DNA of 64,000 nucleotides from Betaproteobacteria bacterium (lineage in GTDB: Bacteria > Pseudomonadota > Gammaproteobacteria > Burkholderiales > Ga0077523), in contig JANXYG010000007.1 in NCBI GenBank assembly GCA_025350245.1, positions 1,615-65,614 on the forward strand. Reading direction: 5' to 3'. Made by a program: the position numbers and the translations under genes. The notes beneath the pieces were generated by a model. That model saw nothing but the letters and a program-made list of their open reading frames with translations. It did no database searches and was not told where the DNA came from. This document shows positions 49,118-58,633 of the stretch, one piece after another (the first letter of the stretch is position 1; every line of letters starts with the position of its first letter).

Positions 49118-49840
49118 ATGACAACGTTGGAGTTTTTATCCATGCACCCACCGTCGAAGCGTGCCCTCCCACAGCTTGCAATGTTCGTTTTCGGCATTTT
49201 GATCGCGGGGTTTTCATACGCCCAGAACAACATGGGCGGGTCCGATTCAGACGCTGACCAGTACAACCTCAATGCCCAGTTGCTGGCAGTGGCGAAGAAG
49301 GGCGATGCCGAACGGGTGCGCGGCCTGCTCGGCCGGGGTGCGGCGATCAATTCCCGCAACCGCAACGGCGAAACCCCGCTCATGCTGTTCGCCAGGAAAG
49401 GCGAGGCTGAAATGGTGAACGACCTGCTCGATCGCGGCGCCAGCGTGAATCTGGCGGCCGTGAACGGCACCACTCCTCTGATGGCGGCTGCGTTCGAGGG
49501 CTTCGCCGATATCGCCGCGCGACTTCTGGACGCGGGTGCCGACGTGGGCGCGCAAGACCAGTTGCGCAAAACGGCGATGGTTTACGCGGCCGGGGCAGGG
49601 CGCACGCCGGTGGTTGCGCTGTTGCTAGACCACGGCGTCGGCGTGGACCAAAGGTTCGACCATGATCTCACCGCGCTGATGTGGGCGGCCGGCTACGGCA
49701 ACACGGAAACGGTCGGGTTGCTGCTGGATCGTGGCGCGGATACGAGGGCGCGCGATGATCGCGGCAAGACCGCCCTGGACATCGCGACCGACGGCAAGCA
49801 CGGCGAGGCGATCGGCCTGCTGCAAGCGGCAATGCAATAG
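49118..49840 (+). CDS. ankyrin-repeat protein with N-terminal signal peptide (predicted periplasmic)
   Basis: Hydrophobic N-terminus LPQLAMFVFGILIAGFSYA, followed by about 6 repeats of G.TPLM.AA..G....V..LL..GA. Start is ATG 49118 or ATG 49142. Confidence 0.8.
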   Translation: MTTLEFLSMHPPSKRALPQLAMFVFGILIAGFSYAQNNMGGSDSDADQYNLNAQLLAVAKKGDAERVRGLLGRGAAINSRNRNGETPLMLFARKGEAEMVNDLLDRGASVNLAAVNGTTPLMAAAFEGFADIAARLLDAGADVGAQDQLRKTAMVYAAGAGRTPVVALLLDHGVGVDQRFDHDLTALMWAAGYGNTETVGLLLDRGADTRARDDRGKTALDIATDGKHGEAIGLLQAAMQ

Positions 49841-50193
49841 CGCGCAGGTCGCGCGGCCCGGTCACACTTCGGGCGGATGCGCCTCGCGTGCGCGATCGGC
49901 GGCGTCACGCGTCCGGTTCGAAGGCCCTGCCGATATGGCGGTCGACCGATGGATGCCGGCAGAGAGGAGGCGCAGAATCGAAGGTGCGATGCGCGGGCAA
50001 CTACCGGCCTCCAGACCCGCCCGATCAGATCAGGTTGTCGGATGATTGTCCGCGCATCGCACCGGACCTTATAGCGAGAGGTGTGCCAACCAGCCCCCCG
50101 TCGGGGCCATCCCCGGTCCCGTTCGGGCGTGCCTTGCCCGCGGGCGTCCGGTAAACTCGCGGCCTTTTTCAAGGTACGGGTCCGGTCCAAGGC

Positions 50194-51444
50194 ATGGCAC
50201 TCATCGTCCAGAAGTACGGCGGCACGTCCGTTGGATCACCCGAACGCATCCGCGCGGTGGCGCAGCGCGTCGCCAAGTGGCGCCGCGGCGGCCATCAGGT
50301 GGTCGTGGTGGTCTCGGCCATGAGCGGCGAGACCAACCGGCTGATCGCGCTCGCGCGTCAGATCGATCCCGACCCCGACTCGCGCGAACTCGATGTCATC
50401 GCCAGCACCGGTGAGCAGGTCACGATCGGTCTGGCCGCCATGGCGCTGCGCAGCTTCGGCATCGAGGCCCGCTCCTACACCGGTACCCAGGTCCGAATCC
50501 TCACCGACAGCGCGTTCGGCAAGGCGCGCATCGTCGAAATCGACGATGCGCGCTTGCGCGCGGATCTCGACGCCGGTGTAGTACCGGTGGTGGCCGGGTT
50601 CCAGGGCGTTGACGCCGCCGGCAACATCACCACCCTCGGGCGTGGCGGTTCCGATACCACCGGCGTTGCCCTCGCGGCGGCATTGCACGCCGACGAGTGC
50701 CAGATCTACACCGACGTCGATGGCGTTTACACCACCGATCCCCGGATCGTGGCCGAAGCCCGCCGGCTGCACACCGTCACCTTCGAGGAGATGCTCGAAC
50801 TGGCGAGCCTCGGCTCCAAGGTGCTGCAGATCCGGGCGGTCGAGTTCGCGGGCAAGTACCAGGTGCGGCTGCGGGTACTCTCCAGTCTCACCGATCCGGA
50901 TCTGCCGCTGGCGGAAGAATCGGTGTCCGGCACCCTGATCACGTTCGAGGAAGACGAGAAAATGGAACAGGCGCTCATCAGTGGTATTGCCTTCGCGCGC
51001 GACGAGGCGAAGTTGACGGTGACCGGCGTGCCCGATCGCCCCGGTATCGCCTACGCCATCCTGGGGCCGGTGGGCGACGCCAACATCGATGTCGACATGA
51101 TCATCCAGAACGCATCGGTCGAAGGCACCACGGATTTCTCGTTCACGGTGCCGCGCGGCGACTACCAGAAGGCGATGGCGATCCTGGAGACCGTTCGCAC
51201 CCACATGGGCGCCCGCGCGATCCTCGGCGACAACCGCATCTGCAAGGTGTCGATGGTGGGGGTGGGAATGCGCTCGCACGTGGGCATCGCGAGCCGGATG
51301 TTCCGCACGCTGGCCGAGGAGGGCATCAACATCCAGATGATTTCCACCTCGGAGATCAAGATCTCGGTGGTGGTCGACGAGAAGTACCTGGAACTCGCGG
51401 TGCGGGTGCTGCACAAGGAGTTCGGCCTGGAGCAGGCCGGCTGA
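50194..51444 (+). CDS. lysC: aspartate kinase (monofunctional class)
   Basis: [20 protein letters not shown]-terminus with C-terminal ACT domains; 416 aa. Confidence 0.92.
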   Translation: MALIVQKYGGTSVGSPERIRAVAQRVAKWRRGGHQVVVVVSAMSGETNRLIALARQIDPDPDSRELDVIASTGEQVTIGLAAMALRSFGIEARSYTGTQVRILTDSAFGKARIVEIDDARLRADLDAGVVPVVAGFQGVDAAGNITTLGRGGSDTTGVALAAALHADECQIYTDVDGVYTTDPRIVAEARRLHTVTFEEMLELASLGSKVLQIRAVEFAGKYQVRLRVLSSLTDPDLPLAEESVSGTLITFEEDEKMEQALISGIAFARDEAKLTVTGVPDRPGIAYAILGPVGDANIDVDMIIQNASVEGTTDFSFTVPRGDYQKAMAILETVRTHMGARAILGDNRICKVSMVGVGMRSHVGIASRMFRTLAEEGINIQMISTSEIKISVVVDEKYLELAVRVLHKEFGLEQAG

Positions 51445-51517
51445 GGCGGCCTTTCGGCCGCGCCGGGTAGTCGGGTTTGACCGGCAGGGCGCCGCCCACT
51501 ACACTTAGCGGGCTTCT

Positions 51518-51610
51518 GGAGATGTGACCGAGCGGCCGAAGGTGCTCCCCTGCTAAGGGAGTATGCGGGCAAAACCTGCATCCAGGGTTCGAATCCCTGC
51601 GTCTCCGCCA
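51518..51610 (+). tRNA. tRNA-Ser (anticodon GCT), long variable arm
   Basis: GGAGATGTGACCGAGCGG..., anticodon loop CTGCTAA, long extra arm, GGTTCGAATCC, 3' CCA. Confidence 0.92.
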
Positions 51611-51636
51611 GACAGCAACAGCAACAACAGCACATA

Positions 51637-51713
51637 GCGCCCGTAGCTCAGTTGGATAGAGTACCTGGCTACGAACCAGGGGGTCGTGGGTTCGAATCCT
51701 GCCGGGCGCGCCA
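51637..51713 (+). tRNA. tRNA-Arg (anticodon ACG)
   Basis: GCGCCCGTAGCTCAGTTGGATAGAG, anticodon loop CTACGAA, GGTTCGAATCC, 3' CCA. Confidence 0.93.
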
Positions 51714-51871
51714 AACACACATAGGCTTGCAGAAATGCAGGCCTTTGTCGTTTCTGCCGCGGCCAGGATCCGCCCGGCAACGTGCAACACCGGGTCTTGT
51801 CGCACGCCACCGGCATCGTCCCGCCTGCACGCACCGGGGTGCTAACATCCTCCGGAGTTGCCGGGGGGCGC

Positions 51872-54647
51872 ATGGCTTTAGAACAACAAGCGCGAAAGAC
51901 CATCGATCGCCTGCTCGCTGCTGCGGGCTGGGCCGTTCAGGACTTCAAGGTCGCCGATATCCATGCTGCCCGCGGCGTGGCGCTGCGCGAGTTCGCACTG
52001 AACGCCGGCTTCGGCTTTGCCGACTACTTGCTGTACATCGACGGCAAGGCTGCGGGCGTCATCGAAGCCAAGAGGGAGGGTGCCACGCTCACCGGCGTGG
52101 AAGTGCAATCCGGCAAGTACGCCCAAGGCCTGCCCGCGAGCCTGCCGGCCTGGCGCCGCCCGCTACCCTTCCTGTACGAATCCACCGGCATCGAGACGCA
52201 CTTCACCAACGGTCTGGACCCCGAGCCCAGGGCGCGCAACGTCTTTGCCTTCCACAAGCCCGAGACGCTCCTCCAGTGGCTGCGAGAGTTGCCACAGGCG
52301 ACCGTGCCTGAGCACCGGCCCTGCGCCCGCCGCGAACCAGGCCGCCTTTGCCCCTGCCACCTTCCTCACCCGTGTGCGCACGATGCCCGAACTGGTCACG
52401 GAGTGGGGCGAACACAAGCTGTGGCCGGCCCAGATCACGGCCATCCGGAGCCTGGAGCAGAGCCTCGCCCAGGGCCGGCCGCGCGCCCTGATCCAGATGG
52501 CCACCGGCAGCGGCAAGACCTTCACCGCCATCAGCTTCATCTACCGGCTCATCAAGTACGCCAATGCGCGCCGGGTGCTGTTTCTGGTGGACCGCGGCAA
52601 CCTCGGCCGACAGACCAAGAAGGAGTTCGACCAGTACGTCTCGCCCGTCAACAATTTCAAGTTCGGTGAGGAATACATCGTCCAGCACCTGACCGACAAC
52701 ACTCTCGACAAGAGTGCACGAGTGGTCATCTGCACGATCCAGCGCATGTTCAGCATGCTCAAGGGCCGCGAGCTGCCGGCCGACCTGGAGGAGGAGTCCG
52801 GCGCCGGGCTCGACAGCCTTTTCCGGGCTGCCGACCCCATCGACTACAACCCGCTGCTCCCGATCGAGACCTTCGACATCATCGTCACCGACGAAGCGCA
52901 CCGCTCCATCTACAACCTGTGGCGGCAGGTGCTGGAGTATTTCGACGCCAGCCTCATCGGCCTCACCGCTACGCCGAGCAAGCAGACCTTCGGGTTTTTC
53001 AATCGCAACCTGGTGATGGAATACGGCCACGAGCAGGCGGTGGCAGACGGCGTCAACGTGAACTACGACGTCTACCGCATCCGCACGCAGGTGAGCGAGG
53101 CCGGGAGCAAGGTCGAATCCGGCTACTACGTGGACTTTCGCGACAAGCTCACCCGCAAGGTGCGCTGGGAGCAACTGGACGAAGAGTTTGCCTACGACCC
53201 TAACCGGCTGGATCGTGACGTGGTGGCCGTGGACCAGATCCGCACGCTGGTGCAAACCTTTCGGGACAAGCTGCCCACCGAGATCTTTCCGGGCCGCACG
53301 GAGGTGCCCAAGACGCTCATCTTCGCCAAGGACGACAGCCACGCCGAAGACATCGTCAAGATCGTGCGCGAGGAGTTCGGCAAGGGCAACGAATTCGCGC
53401 AGAAGATCACCTACCGCACTACCGGCGAGACGCCCGAACGCCTGATCGCTGCCTTTCGCAACAGCTACCACCCCAGGGTGGCCGTGACCGTCGACATGAT
53501 TGCCACCGGCACTGACATCAAGCCGCTGGAAATCGTGATGTTCATGCGTGCGGTGAAGAGCCGCAGCTTCTTCGAGCAGATGAAGGGCCGCGGCGTGCGC
53601 GTGATCAGCCCGGCCGACCTGCAAAGTGTGACGCCCGACGCCAAGGCCAAGGATCACTTCGTCATCGTCGACTGCGTGGGGGTGTGCGAGCAGGACATGA
53701 CCGACTCCCGGCCCATGGACCGAAAAAAGACCGTACCACTGGAGAAGCTGTTGCAGGCCGTGGCGCTGGGCAACACCGATCCCGACGTGCTTTCCTCGGT
53801 GGCCGCCCGGCTTGCGCGCCTGGAGAAGGACCTCCCGCCTGCTGACCAGGACCGCATCACCCTGGCCGCTGGCGGCCTCACACTCAAGGACATGGCCCGC
53901 GGCCTCGTCAACGCGATGGCGCCAGACCAGCCTCCCGAGCAGGCCGTTGCCGCCGTTCAGGCCGCGATCAAGCCATTTTCCAATCCGGCGCTGCGCGAAC
54001 TGATCGTCACCCTGAAGAAGCAGAACGAACAGGTCATCGACACCGTCACCGAGGACGAACTGATCGAAGCCGGCTTCTCCGAAGCCGCCCGCGAGCGAGC
54101 ACGCAAGATCGTTGGCACCTTCGAGCAGTTCATCGAGCAGCACAAGGATGAGATCACCGCATTGCAGCTCCTCTACAACCGTCCGACCAGGGCGCCGCTG
54201 AAGTTCGAAGACCTGAAGTCATTGGCCGACGCACTACATGCCCCGCCGCACCTGATTAGCGAATCCGCGCTGTGGCAGGCCTACGCCGCCCTGGACAAGT
54301 CGAAGGTCAAGGGTGCGAGCACGAGGCGCATCCTCACCGACCTGGTTTCACTGGTGCGGTATGCGATGCATCAGGAAAATGAACTGGTGCCATACCCGGA
54401 GCGCGTTGCTGCCAACTTCAAGGCGTGGATGGCGCAGCAGCAAGCAGCGGGCAGGGCGTTCAGCGACGAGCAGCACTGGTGGCTGGAGAAGATGGCCGAG
54501 CACATCGCCTCCAACCTCGGACTCGATGCGGAGGATTTCGAGCTGTCGCCGTTCAACCAGCAGGGTGGGTTGGGCAAGGTGCATCAGCTCTTCGGGGCCG
54601 AGTTGACTAACGTGATCGAGGCGATGAATCGGGAGTTGGCGGCGTGA
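51872..54647 (+). pseudogene. hsdR: type I restriction enzyme R subunit (HsdR, EcoEI/type IB-like C-terminus), apparently frameshifted near 52290-52330
   Basis: The N-terminal nuclease domain (MALEQQARKTIDRLL..ADYLLY..VIEAKREG) is in the frame of ORF 51782..52669. The helicase part (LWPAQ..MATGSGKT..TDEAHRS) and the EcoEI_R_C-like tail are in the frame of ORF 52017..54647. Confidence 0.75.
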
Positions 54648-55900
54648 CCGTAGCAACCGAAGTCATCACGGCGGCAGCCGGCTTGGTTCCGTTGACCCAA
54701 GCGGTCGAGATCAATCCGCGTCCAGAGCGCGGCGCGCTTTCCGACGACCTCGAGGTATCGTTTGTACCCATGGCTGCCGTCGGAGCGGCCACTGGGCGGA
54801 TGGACCCTTCCACGGTCCGTCCATTTGCCGAAGTGAAAAAGGGCTACACGTTGTTCCGGGAAAACGATGTGCTCTTCGCCAAGATCACGCCCTGCATGGA
54901 AAACGGAAAGATGGCCGTAGCCCGCGGCCTTCGGAACCGCGTCGGCTGCGGTTCAACCGAGTTCCACGTGCTGCGACCTCGGCCGGGCGTCGACCCGCGG
55001 TACGTCTATCACTTCGTGTCGAGTGCGCGTTTCCGAGCCGAGGCTGCGCATCACATGACGGGCGCCGTCGGTCAGAAGCGCGTGCCCACTGCATTTCTTG
55101 AGCAGTGTGAGATCCCGTTACCCAATCTGGGCGCGCAGCGTCGCATCGTCGCTGAAATCGATAAGCAGTTTTCCCGTCTCGACGAAGCCGTCGTCAACCT
55201 CAAGCGCGCCAAGGTGAACCTTGCGCACTATGAGCGAGCGACGATCCAGCACTTTACGCGACCGTCATCGTTCGAGGTGGCAACGCAGGGAGCTGCCTCA
55301 GACGTCGCGGTTTCGCTAGACAACATGCGAGGGCCGGTCAACAAGGCGGAACGGGCAAAACGGTCGGGCAAAGTCCCCTACCTCGGGGCCAACGGACAAA
55401 CTGGATGGATTGACGAGGCCCGCTTCGACGAAGAACTCGTGCTCGTAGTTGAGGACGAGACCTTTGTCGGACGTACGGCACCATTCAGCTACTACTTTTC
55501 AGGGAAGTGTTGGGTCAACAATCACACGCACGTTTTGAGAGCACGGCGGGACGTTGTACTGCCGGAGTACCTGAACTTCGCGCTCTCGTACTACGCGTTC
55601 ATCCCGCTCACGACGGGATCTACAGGGCGTCGCAAGCTGACAAAAGCTGCGCTTATGAGCGCGCCCATTGCCTTGCCAGATCTGCAAACTCAAGTCCAAA
55701 TCCTGGAGGAAGTTGAACGGCGAGTTTCGATTGCTCGCAGCGTAAAGTCCGAGGTGGAGACTTGCTTGGCGCGAGCAGAGGTACTGCGGCAGAGGGTTCT
55801 TGCCGAATCCTTTGCAGTGACGCGTCGTTCCGAATCGCAGCCAAGGCCCAACGATCGACTGCATGGAGGTAAACATGAAGCTGGTGCGTGCGCGGGGTAA
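54644..55900 (+). CDS. hsdS: type I restriction-modification specificity subunit HsdS (two target-recognition domains)
   Basis: GTG start overlaps the hsdR stop. ITPCMENGK, STEFHVLR and two conserved coiled-coil regions (QRRIVAEIDKQFSRLDEAV; VQILEEVERRVS...LRQRVLAESF). The second TRD is visibly lower in GC. Confidence 0.8.
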   Translation: MTVATEVITAAAGLVPLTQAVEINPRPERGALSDDLEVSFVPMAAVGAATGRMDPSTVRPFAEVKKGYTLFRENDVLFAKITPCMENGKMAVARGLRNRVGCGSTEFHVLRPRPGVDPRYVYHFVSSARFRAEAAHHMTGAVGQKRVPTAFLEQCEIPLPNLGAQRRIVAEIDKQFSRLDEAVVNLKRAKVNLAHYERATIQHFTRPSSFEVATQGAASDVAVSLDNMRGPVNKAERAKRSGKVPYLGANGQTGWIDEARFDEELVLVVEDETFVGRTAPFSYYFSGKCWVNNHTHVLRARRDVVLPEYLNFALSYYAFIPLTTGSTGRRKLTKAALMSAPIALPDLQTQVQILEEVERRVSIARSVKSEVETCLARAEVLRQRVLAESFAVTRRSESQPRPNDRLHGGKHEAGACAG

Positions 55901-55997
55901 GAACTTTCGGTCTGTTGAAGACAGTGGAGAGATCGAGATTCCCCCGACGACCGGCATTGACTCCGAGAACGTCAAGCGACTACGCGGCGCTCATTGA
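55875..55997 (+). pseudogene. 40-codon remnant resembling the N-terminus of an AAA/OLD-type ATPase
   Basis: GGAGGT RBS, then ATG 55875: MKLVRARGKNFRSVEDSGEIEI..., a typical opening of AAA_15/AAA_21/OLD-family ATPases. The ORF stops before any Walker A motif. It overlaps the hsdS 3' end. Confidence 0.35.
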
Positions 55998-56084
55998 GCC
56001 CAAGGGCTGACGGGCTCCAATCGCGAGGAGTATGGCCTTTCGTTCCTCAAGCCTATGGGAGAGAATGCGGCAGAGGTGCCTGCG

Positions 56085-57008
56085 ATGACTTCAGAACATA
56101 CGGTTGAACTAGCTACATTGCGCTTCGAGGGGAAACGCTTCGAGGGCCATGCCCTCGACGTCGAGTGTACCCAAGAGCTGCTTGCCTATCGCACGCTGGT
56201 GCTTGAGTGTGCCAAGGAACTTTGGCGACGCGAGAACCCGAAGCGCATGCGCCTGCCAAAGCGGTTCGACGACGGTTTTCGCCTCGAATTCGACAAAGTG
56301 CTGCCGGGATCGGCCGCATTGCCGCTTCGCCGAGTGCGCGACGTCGTCCAGGTGGAATTCGAGTTCGGTGACGAGTTCGATGAGGCGGCGGCGCTAATCG
56401 ATCAGGCCATCTCAGCAGCAGATCGCGACGAATTGCTGCCCGAGCGACTTCCGTCGAACGTGGTTCCGCTGTTTCGAGAATTCGGTAGGACGATGCGACC
56501 AGAAGAGACGCTCTTCGTTCGATCAGGACGAAGCACGACAGAGGCGGTCTACGGCGAGCGAGCGCGCCGACGCTTGGCCGAGTGGGTGGATCCCACGTTC
56601 GAGGATACCGTCAGTCTTGTCGGCGAGGTTCGCATGGCCAACGTTGGCCCAGGCTCATTCAAGTTGCAACTGCCTGACGGTGGCCCTCTGATCGACGGCA
56701 GGTTCGACGGCAGCCATGAATTCGTCGTTCTGGAGGCACTGAGGAACCATCGGAGTGCTCAGTTGCGAGTCGAAGGTGTGGCCGAATTCTCGACCCGTGA
56801 TCGACAGATGAGGCGAATCGTTCGTGTGGATCGCGTGGAGGTCGCCCTGCATTCGACCGCGACGTTCGACGAGTCGGCCAAGCCGATCTGGGAGGAACTG
56901 ACTTCCATCGGGCAGGGAGCACCCGCAGGAACGTGGGATACCGTACCCGATGATCTTTCGACACGCATCGACGAGGTTGTGTATGGCGCCACGAGCGAGC
57001 GTCGTTGA
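56085..57008 (+). CDS. hypothetical protein (~307 aa), upstream partner of the PIN protein
   Basis: ORF 56055..57008. The preferred start ATG 56085 is preceded by GAGGTG. Its stop overlaps the PIN start (TTGA). No family recognised. GC is lower than in the core. Confidence 0.6.
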   Translation: MTSEHTVELATLRFEGKRFEGHALDVECTQELLAYRTLVLECAKELWRRENPKRMRLPKRFDDGFRLEFDKVLPGSAALPLRRVRDVVQVEFEFGDEFDEAAALIDQAISAADRDELLPERLPSNVVPLFREFGRTMRPEETLFVRSGRSTTEAVYGERARRRLAEWVDPTFEDTVSLVGEVRMANVGPGSFKLQLPDGGPLIDGRFDGSHEFVVLEALRNHRSAQLRVEGVAEFSTRDRQMRRIVRVDRVEVALHSTATFDESAKPIWEELTSIGQGAPAGTWDTVPDDLSTRIDEVVYGATSERR

Positions 57009-57415
57009 GGTCGGTGTTCGTTGAGACCGGCTACTGGGTAGCGGTTTTAGACCCGAACGACCATCTCCATGAACGCGCGCGAAATGTGTCGGCGGCGCTT
57101 GGCAAGGTGAGGCTGGTCACGACGGAAATGGTGCTCTCCGAATTGCTTGCCGCGCTGTCGAGACTGCCGGTTCGGCAATATGCGATCGAAGGCGTCGATC
57201 GCATTCGCGCCAACCCCAATGTGGAGGTCATTCCACAGACTTCTCTGCAGTTCGCCCGTGCATACGACATGTACAGACGACGCACCGACAAGGAGTGGAG
57301 CCTTGCTGATTGCGCTTCGTTCGAGGTGATGCAGACACGCGCGATCACGGAAGCGCTCGCGCATGACGCACATTTCGAACAGGCAGGATTTGTCGCCTTG
57401 CTCCGCGGCGGTTGA
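57005..57415 (+). CDS. PIN-domain (VapC-like) ribonuclease
   Basis: VFVETGYWVAVLD...LVTTEMVLSELL...WSLADCASFEVM...ALAHDAHFEQAGF matches the PIN acidic-residue pattern, with Glu in place of the usual first Asp. Start is TTG 57005 or GTG 57014. Confidence 0.78.
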   Translation: MRSVFVETGYWVAVLDPNDHLHERARNVSAALGKVRLVTTEMVLSELLAALSRLPVRQYAIEGVDRIRANPNVEVIPQTSLQFARAYDMYRRRTDKEWSLADCASFEVMQTRAITEALAHDAHFEQAGFVALLRGG

Positions 57416-57442
57416 TCTTGCAGTCAATAGTTGTGTCACTGG

Positions 57443-57569
57443 CGTGGTTGATCTTTGGTCAACCACGCATGTTCAGGTACCGGAACCGTTCAGGTTTCGT
57501 GAACAACGAAGAAATTTGAACAAATCGCAGGTACCGTTCAGAATACCGCGGTGTTCACAAAACGTGAAC
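57443..57569. promoter_or_regulatory. intergenic hairpin plus repeated GTTCA/TGAAC-type motifs (candidate operator of the downstream AbiE-like pair)
   Basis: 9-bp stem hairpin at 57443-57467. CAGGTACCG occurs at 57474 and 57528, and CCGTTCAG at 57486 and 57534. Palindrome GTTCAC-N5-GTGAAC lies at 57553-57569. Confidence 0.4.
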
Positions 57570-57580
57570 GAGTTCGAAAA

Positions 57581-58633
57581 ATGAACATAACAGAGGAAGA
57601 TGCCTGCCTTGATGGGGCCAAGACGGCCCTGGAGCGCATCGGCCTCAAGGTGGCAACGGTCCGGCCGCCGCCAAAAGTGCCACGCGATCGGACGGACGCC
57701 TGGCTGCGAATCGGGCGCGGGAAGGAGGGGGCGGGCTATCTGGTCGAGGTCAAATGCGGCTTGACTGCCGGCACTGTGGGAGCAGTCGTCGCGCAACTGC
57801 GCGACCGCGCGACCCAGACAGGCTGGCCGACGTTGCTCGTCACTCACCATCTGACCGCGCCCGTGGCCGACGCACTACGCGAGCGCGGCCAGCAGTTCGC
57901 GGACGCGGCCGGCAATGTCTACCTCAACGCTCCGGGCCTGTATGTCTATGTGGCGGGGTTTCGGCCCAAAGCGCGGGCAGTCACCGTCAGAGGAGGTGCC
58001 ACCAACACCGCTAACGGCCTGAAGATCCTCTTCGCTCTGCTCTGCGATCCAACGCTGGCGCAGGCGCCGCAGCGCACGCTTGCCGTGGCAGCCAACGTCG
58101 CCCTGGGGGCTGTGCCTGCTGCCTTGCGAGCTTTGCAGGCCGAAGGCCATGTCGCGGCGCTGAACAAGCAACGTCATTTTCGGGGCACCAAACGCCTGCT
58201 CGATGAGTGGGCGCATGGCTACGCACGCCGCCTGCGACCCAAGACCTTGCTCGCGACCTACACCACCGAACGCTTCGACACCTGGCCTAAATGGGCCCTC
58301 GATCCGGCAGAAGTTCGTTGGGGCGGGGAGTCGGCGGCGGCGCTGCTCACGAAGTACCTGCGCCCGGGCGTTCTGACCCTGTACGCGGACCGGCTCCCGC
58401 CGCGCGTCATGGTGGCGCAGCAATTGATCAAGGAGGATCGCCCGCCAGCACAACGCTATGTCGAGGTGCGGCGCCCGTTCTGGGGCGCTCGGCTCAACGA
58501 GCAGGCACGGCCGGACATCGTGCCCCTGGTCCTGGTGTATGCAGACCTGCTGGCCACCAACGATGGTCGCTGCATCGAGACGGCGCAGAAGATCTACGAG
58601 GATCACCTTGCTCGACTTCTCCCGGCTGCCTGA
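57581..58633 (+). CDS. AbiEi-like putative antitoxin/regulator with an N-terminal PD-(D/E)xK-like segment and a wHTH-like middle region
   Basis: TDAWLRI...GYLVEVK (D...ExK pattern); NGLKILFALLCDP...LAVAANVALGAVPAALRALQAEGHV (wHTH-like). It overlaps the downstream NTase gene. The family assignment is an inference. Start is ATG 57581 (GTG 57551 also possible). Confidence 0.5.
   Translation: MNITEEDACLDGAKTALERIGLKVATVRPPPKVPRDRTDAWLRIGRGKEGAGYLVEVKCGLTAGTVGAVVAQLRDRATQTGWPTLLVTHHLTAPVADALRERGQQFADAAGNVYLNAPGLYVYVAGFRPKARAVTVRGGATNTANGLKILFALLCDPTLAQAPQRTLAVAANVALGAVPAALRALQAEGHVAALNKQRHFRGTKRLLDEWAHGYARRLRPKTLLATYTTERFDTWPKWALDPAEVRWGGESAAALLTKYLRPGVLTLYADRLPPRVMVAQQLIKEDRPPAQRYVEVRRPFWGARLNEQARPDIVPLVLVYADLLATNDGRCIETAQKIYEDHLARLLPAA

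Noticed and set aside
49841-50193. Possible lysine riboswitch or leader upstream of lysC.
   Set aside because: I could not recognise the conserved L-box helices or core motifs by eye. A covariance-model scan (Rfam RF00168) would be needed to settle it.
51611-51636. Short CAGCAA/CAACAG microsatellite-like spacer between tRNA-Ser and tRNA-Arg.
   Set aside because: It has only about 4 imperfect units within a tRNA spacer, too short to support any claim.
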